DNA of 10,487 nucleotides from assembly GCA_031372065.1 (NCBI GenBank), contig JANMKN010000159.1, positions 1-10,487 of the forward strand. Direction: 5' to 3'. Each line of letters opens with the position of its first letter. Positions within the stretch are counted from its first letter, which is position 1. The notes under the pieces were generated by a model, which saw nothing but the letters and a program-made list of their open reading frames with translations, made no database searches and had not been told where the DNA came from. Shown piece by piece: positions 6,885-10,487 of the stretch. Both the position numbers and the translations under genes were made by a program. The stretch is from Abditibacteriaceae bacterium. GTDB lineage: Bacteria > Armatimonadota > Abditibacteriia > Abditibacteriales > Abditibacteriaceae.

Positions 6885-9313
6885 CGCACGACCACCTGCC
6901 CTTTCATCATGTCCATGCCGCACGCGAACGAAAGCGTTTTTCCACTTTGCGGCGTGAACTCTACCGCTACCGGTTGATTAAGCGGCAATGCTTTTCTGAT
7001 TTTTAAGTCGGGAAAAACCACTTCGGTGCCACAGCCTTCGGCGGCGATGCGCGTGAAGATTAAACGCGCCGGAACGCCCGCTTTTAGCGTGATATTGGGC
7101 AGTGAAAAACCTTGCGCGCTGACGCTGATTTTGATAGTTTGCACGCCACTGCTTGGCGGGCTTCCAGCCCGCTGTTTTGCAGGCTGATTTTCTGCGCTCC
7201 ATAGTGGCTTATCGGGCATCACCGAATCGTGTTCTTTAAGGTTTTCATAACCGCGATAAATCACGCGCGCACCGTCTTTGAGGCCGCTGATTATTTCGGT
7301 GTAATCTCCGTTGGTGACGCCGGTTTTTATGGGCGCTTGATGCGCGCGATAGTGGCCACCCGCCATTAGCGGCGTGAGTTTCATGTGACAGATCGGGCAC
7401 AATCCCGGATGATTTTGCCTGATTTGCGGGTGCATGGTGCAGGTGTAAATGGGGTTTTCCGGTGGCGCGTCTTCCATTGTCCAAACCGTGGCTGTTTGCT
7501 GGGAAGCAATGACTTCGCGGCTTGTATCGGCGCGCCGCACAATCGCAGCGGAAGGCACTTTAAGCGCGCCGAAATTTCGTGACTTGGCGATGTCCATCAC
7601 AATGGCTTCGCCCGGTTTGAAACGATTCTTTTCGTTGGGCGCGACGGCCTCCACAATGCCAAGGCGACTTTGCGCATCGGCGGAGGGAAAAACCGCGCTG
7701 ACGGTGGTTTGCAGGCGCTTTTTCGGGTCGGAAGGCGAGCGCACTTCGACGCTGGCGCCGATTTGAATTTGATCAAGATCGCTTTGCGCCACATTCGCTT
7801 GCAATCGAATCAGGTTGACCTGCTGAATCTTTAAAATCATGCTGCCCGCATTGACAAGTGAACCGGGCGCAACCAGACGCTGCGCCACAATGCCATCGGT
7901 AGCGGCGCGGATTTCGGTGTAGCCACGAATGACGTGCGCTGTTGAAAGCGAGGCTTGCGCTTGCTGGGCCAGCAGCGCGGCGCGGCCTTGTGCCAAGCGC
8001 GCTTTTTCGGCGCCGTGCGAGGCGCCTTGTGCGGCTTGACGGGCGCCCTGTGCAGCAGCGGCGGCTTGTTGGGTTTTGGCCGCCGCCGTGGTAATATCGG
8101 CTTGCATTCGCCGCACGCGTTGCACGGCCATGTCGAGTTCGGCTTTGCGGCCTTGCACTCCCGCTTTGGCGCGTCCGATTTCGGCCTGCATTTGCGTTAC
8201 TTTGGCTTGGGCGCTTTGCACGCGGGCTAAGGCCGCTTCGCGATTGCCTTGCGCCACGCGAATTTTGGCTTGCATTTGCCGCACGCCAGCTTCGCTTTTT
8301 TGCACGCTTGCTTGGGCCGCACGCACATCGTTACTCACTTCGGCCACACGCGAGAGCGCCTGCTTTACTTTGGCATCGGCGCTTTTGGCTGCCGCTTCGT
8401 CCTGCTGAAATTCCTCGCGCGAAATGGCGCCTTGTTTTACAAGTTCTGCCGAGCGCTTGACTTTTTCGCGCGCGAAACTTGCGTCGGCACGCAAGGCTTC
8501 GACTTCCGCCTGCGCCTGTGGCAAGCGCGCTTTGGCGGCGTCCAGCGCGGCGCGTGCATTTTCGACATCGCTGCGCGCATCGTCCAAAGCGGCTCCGGCG
8601 TCTTCGATTTCGGCACTGCGCGTTTGCGCTTCGCGCTCTGCGGCCTGAGCCTCGGCCTGCGCGCCAGTCACGCCGCGCGTTGCCGCGTCTTGTGCGGCCT
8701 GCGCGTCTCGTATGCTGGCGCGGGCCACTTCGATACCGCTGGCCGCTTCGCTCTGCGCCGCTTTGGCAGAGGCCAATTCGCCTTGTGCGACGGGCAAACC
8801 GCCCGCTTCGCGTTTGGCTTCTGTGGCTACGCGCCGCGCTTCGGCTTGTGCCTGTTGTGCTTCGGCGCCTGCCATGAGGCGCTCTTGCGCGGCAGCGGCT
8901 CCCGCGAAGCGCGCTTCGTTTTCGCGCTGGCGCAATTCATCACTATCGAGGCGCGCCAGCAACTGGCCGCGCCGCACTTTGGTGCCGGGATAAACCGGCA
9001 TTTCCACAAGACGCCCTGTTACGCGCGCCGCTATGTCTTGCTCTGTCCAGGCGATAGCCGTGCCGGGATAAGTCACGCGGGCTTCCAAAGTGCCGCGCCG
9101 CGCCGTGACAACTGCAACGGGCAGGGCGCCAATAGGCGGCTTCATCACCGACATATCCATCGCTTGCGCCTCAATGACACTCATTGCGCCCGGACGCCGG
9201 TAATTTTGCACGACATAACGCGCTCCGAAAAAGACTAAAACTAACAGCGCCAAAGTGCCGATAGTGCCCCAGGGCACGCGGCGCGGCGATTCTTCGTGTA
9301 AATCAACGGACAT
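6881..9313 (-). CDS. RND periplasmic adaptor (membrane fusion protein) with very long helical hairpin, heavy-metal-binding domain and C-terminal cupredoxin domain, 810 aa
   Basis: ATG 9313 with SD GGGAGGGG (9320-9327); N-terminal TM; lipoyl halves VYPGTKVRRGQLLARLD and YTEIRAATDGIV; YTCTMHPQI...PGLCPICHMKL; C-terminal GCGTEVVFP...FACGMDMMKG. Confidence 0.93.
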   Translation of the reverse strand: MSVDLHEESPRRVPWGTIGTLALLVLVFFGARYVVQNYRRPGAMSVIEAQAMDMSVMKPPIGALPVAVVTARRGTLEARVTYPGTAIAWTEQDIAARVTGRLVEMPVYPGTKVRRGQLLARLDSDELRQRENEARFAGAAAAQERLMAGAEAQQAQAEARRVATEAKREAGGLPVAQGELASAKAAQSEAASGIEVARASIRDAQAAQDAATRGVTGAQAEAQAAEREAQTRSAEIEDAGAALDDARSDVENARAALDAAKARLPQAQAEVEALRADASFAREKVKRSAELVKQGAISREEFQQDEAAAKSADAKVKQALSRVAEVSNDVRAAQASVQKSEAGVRQMQAKIRVAQGNREAALARVQSAQAKVTQMQAEIGRAKAGVQGRKAELDMAVQRVRRMQADITTAAAKTQQAAAAAQGARQAAQGASHGAEKARLAQGRAALLAQQAQASLSTAHVIRGYTEIRAATDGIVAQRLVAPGSLVNAGSMILKIQQVNLIRLQANVAQSDLDQIQIGASVEVRSPSDPKKRLQTTVSAVFPSADAQSRLGIVEAVAPNEKNRFKPGEAIVMDIAKSRNFGALKVPSAAIVRRADTSREVIASQQTATVWTMEDAPPENPIYTCTMHPQIRQNHPGLCPICHMKLTPLMAGGHYRAHQAPIKTGVTNGDYTEIISGLKDGARVIYRGYENLKEHDSVMPDKPLWSAENQPAKQRAGSPPSSGVQTIKISVSAQGFSLPNITLKAGVPARLIFTRIAAEGCGTEVVFPDLKIRKALPLNQPVAVEFTPQSGKTLSFACGMDMMKGQVVVR

Positions 9314-9319
9314 AGAAGT

Positions 9320-9420
9320 CCCCTCCCAAACAAATACGCAAAAGGCGCGCGACAACAAGCCAGCACGAAAAATAGTGCCGCCTGAACCTTCAGGAAACGA
9401 GCGATTTGTTAAGCGAGAGG
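9320..9420 (-). promoter_or_regulatory. Predicted SD-sequestering mRNA structure between the leader and the MFP gene
   Basis: mRNA CCUCUC-G-CU-U-AACAAAU-CGC (9420-9401) can pair with GCG-U-AUUUGUU-U-GG-GAGGGG (9339-9320), enclosing two small hairpins at 9381-9394 and 9361-9380. Confidence 0.65.
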
Positions 9421-9912
9421 CGGAGCGCGGCCCAGCAAAGTGGGCGGCTCAAGGAGCGAACGAGGCGGAAGAAATAAAGGAGTTGAATAGTCACTTTGGA
9501 CAAAGCCAAGCAAAGGCGATGGCGTTTCAAACGCGGGCAGTGGCCCGCTGGCAACGCTGTGCGCGGCAGCTAAAGAAAGCAGCGACGAAGCGGTTTGACC
9601 ATTGGGCGTTACGGTTTCGCCCGTCAAGCGCACCAATTTGCAACAAGTGCCACCAATATGGGCGCAAACGGGCTTGGGTGAGGCAGTTTGAACTACTTTT
9701 GGACAGCAACAAGAGCGTGGCGCGGCAGTTTTTGTTTTGTCGCATCTGCTACAACGCGGTTTGACGGATGTTTTTGAAGGCGCCGCGCACACGGTGGCGG
9801 CGCTCCCGACGCGCCCTGTCATCGGACACGACCATGCCAATTGCGGTAGTAGCGAAGCTAACATCGCTAACAAAGCCCACAGGGCAATTCTGGGTCGGCG
9901 CCAACGTTTCAT
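9409..9912 (-). CDS. Secreted Cys-rich leader protein with C-terminal RAPP ribosome-arrest motif (DUF2946/CutF/CruR-like architecture), 167 aa
   Basis: ATG 9912 gives a signal peptide (MKRWRRPR, hydrophobic core, AWS/C), 10 Cys (CSRC, CCC, CC and singles), a Pro-rich tail and the ending LLGRAPPLA*. The longer start at 10032 would cross a terminator. Confidence 0.82.
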   Translation of the reverse strand: MKRWRRPRIALWALLAMLASLLPQLAWSCPMTGRVGSAATVCAAPSKTSVKPRCSRCDKTKTAAPRSCCCPKVVQTASPKPVCAHIGGTCCKLVRLTGETVTPNGQTASSLLSLAAAHSVASGPLPAFETPSPLLGFVQSDYSTPLFLPPRSLLEPPTLLGRAPPLA

Positions 9913-9924
9913 GTTTGGTTTAGC

Positions 9925-9948
9925 ACGCCTGCTGTGCAAAGAAGTTCC
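9925..9948 (-). promoter_or_regulatory. Possible ECF-sigma-type promoter upstream of the leader gene
   Basis: GGAAC (9948-9944)-N16-CGT (9927-9925), 12 nt before the ATG; no clear SD. Confidence 0.3.
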
Positions 9949-9951
9949 AGT

Positions 9952-9992
9952 AGAAACAACACAGGCGACGCTTTTAGCATAGCGTCGCCTGT
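9952..9992 (-). terminator. Intrinsic terminator downstream of the DUF1080 gene
   Basis: Perfect 12-bp stem ACAGGCGACGCT (9961-9972)/AGCGTCGCCTGT (9981-9992), 8-nt loop, followed by GTTGTTTCT on the minus strand, about 30 nt after the stop. Confidence 0.75.
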
Positions 9993-10021
9993 AAAAAGAA
10001 GCATCCCTTAATCGGGTGATT

Positions 10022-10487
10022 TTATTTTTCAATCAGCCAGATATTGCGGAAGAAAATTGGGTTGCCATGGTTTTGTAGCACAATCGGCGCGGGCGCGGCG
10101 CCTTCGGGCTTTCCAGCCCCGGTTTTAGCGGTGATTTCGTATTTGTCATGCACTACGACGCCGTTGTGCTTTAAGGTAATCACGGCGTTTTTGATTTTCT
10201 TGTCGCCCTCAAACTGCGCGGCTTGGAAATCAATATCGTAGGTTTGCCACGAAAGCGGCGGGTAATTCATGCTGACAAGGGGCACCTGCTGCTTGTAAAT
10301 TTCGCCGCACAAATCGCCAACGGCGTGTTTGTCGTCGAGTTTGAAGCCAAAGGAATCGAGAATTTGCACTTCGTAGCGGCCTTGAATATAAACGCCGCTG
10401 TTGCCGCGACTTTGACCGCGCGCGGCGGGCTTAAACGGCTCGATAAATTCCAAGTGCAGCGTGAAATTCTTCACATCGCGCTTGGTT
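10022..10487 (-). CDS. DUF1080 (3-keto-disaccharide hydrolase family) protein, 5'-partial
   Basis: Motifs FTLHLEF, RGNSGVY, YEVQILDS, WQTYDI and LQNHGNPIFFRNIW; the frame stays open to the window edge. Confidence 0.92.
   Translation of the reverse strand, partial: TKRDVKNFTLHLEFIEPFKPAARGQSRGNSGVYIQGRYEVQILDSFGFKLDDKHAVGDLCGEIYKQQVPLVSMNYPPLSWQTYDIDFQAAQFEGDKKIKNAVITLKHNGVVVHDKYEITAKTGAGKPEGAAPAPIVLQNHGNPIFFRNIWLIEK

Noticed and set aside
2285..9238. Long plus-strand ORFs (e.g. 3105-3938, 4245-5180, 8249-9238)
   Set aside because: Antisense shadows of GC-rich genes, with no recognisable motifs.
2183..9313. Assigning cusCBA or czcCBA gene symbols
   Set aside because: TM4/TM10 motifs, adaptor architecture and gene order differ from the canonical systems; orthology is not established.
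9826..9912. Tat or lipoprotein signal in the leader (RR; AWSC)
   Set aside because: RRPRI does not match the S/T-R-R-x-F-L consensus and AWSC is a poor lipobox; a Sec/SPase I signal is more likely.
9913..10032. 40-aa N-terminal extension of the leader ORF from the ORF track
   Set aside because: It overlaps the DUF1080 stop, crosses the terminator and buries the signal peptide; ATG 9912 fits better.
1..10487. CRISPR array, tRNA/rRNA, transposase or integrase
   Set aside because: No regularly spaced repeats, RNA gene signatures or recombinase motifs were seen.

Overview
Bacterial window with all credible genes on the minus strand. The prepilin-like H-X9-DG protein and the protein style suggest Armatimonadota/Abditibacteriota or a PVC-like lineage (inference only). 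In transcription order: the 3' part of a DUF1080 gene and its terminator; a 167-aa secreted, Cys-rich leader protein ending in GRAPPLA*; a translationally coupled tripartite efflux operon (very long membrane fusion protein with heavy-metal-binding and cupredoxin domains, Met-rich RND permease with atypical proton-relay residues, TolC-family channel); a composite palindromic repeat; a double zinc ribbon/TM/H-X9-DG pilin-like protein; and a transglutaminase-like protein. The strongest signal is a candidate metal-sensing ribosome-arrest switch: the end of the RAPP-encoding leader and its stop region are complementary to the Shine-Dalgarno region of the first pump gene. This is SecM/CutF/CruR-like logic, here apparently controlling a probable Cu/Ag RND efflux system.
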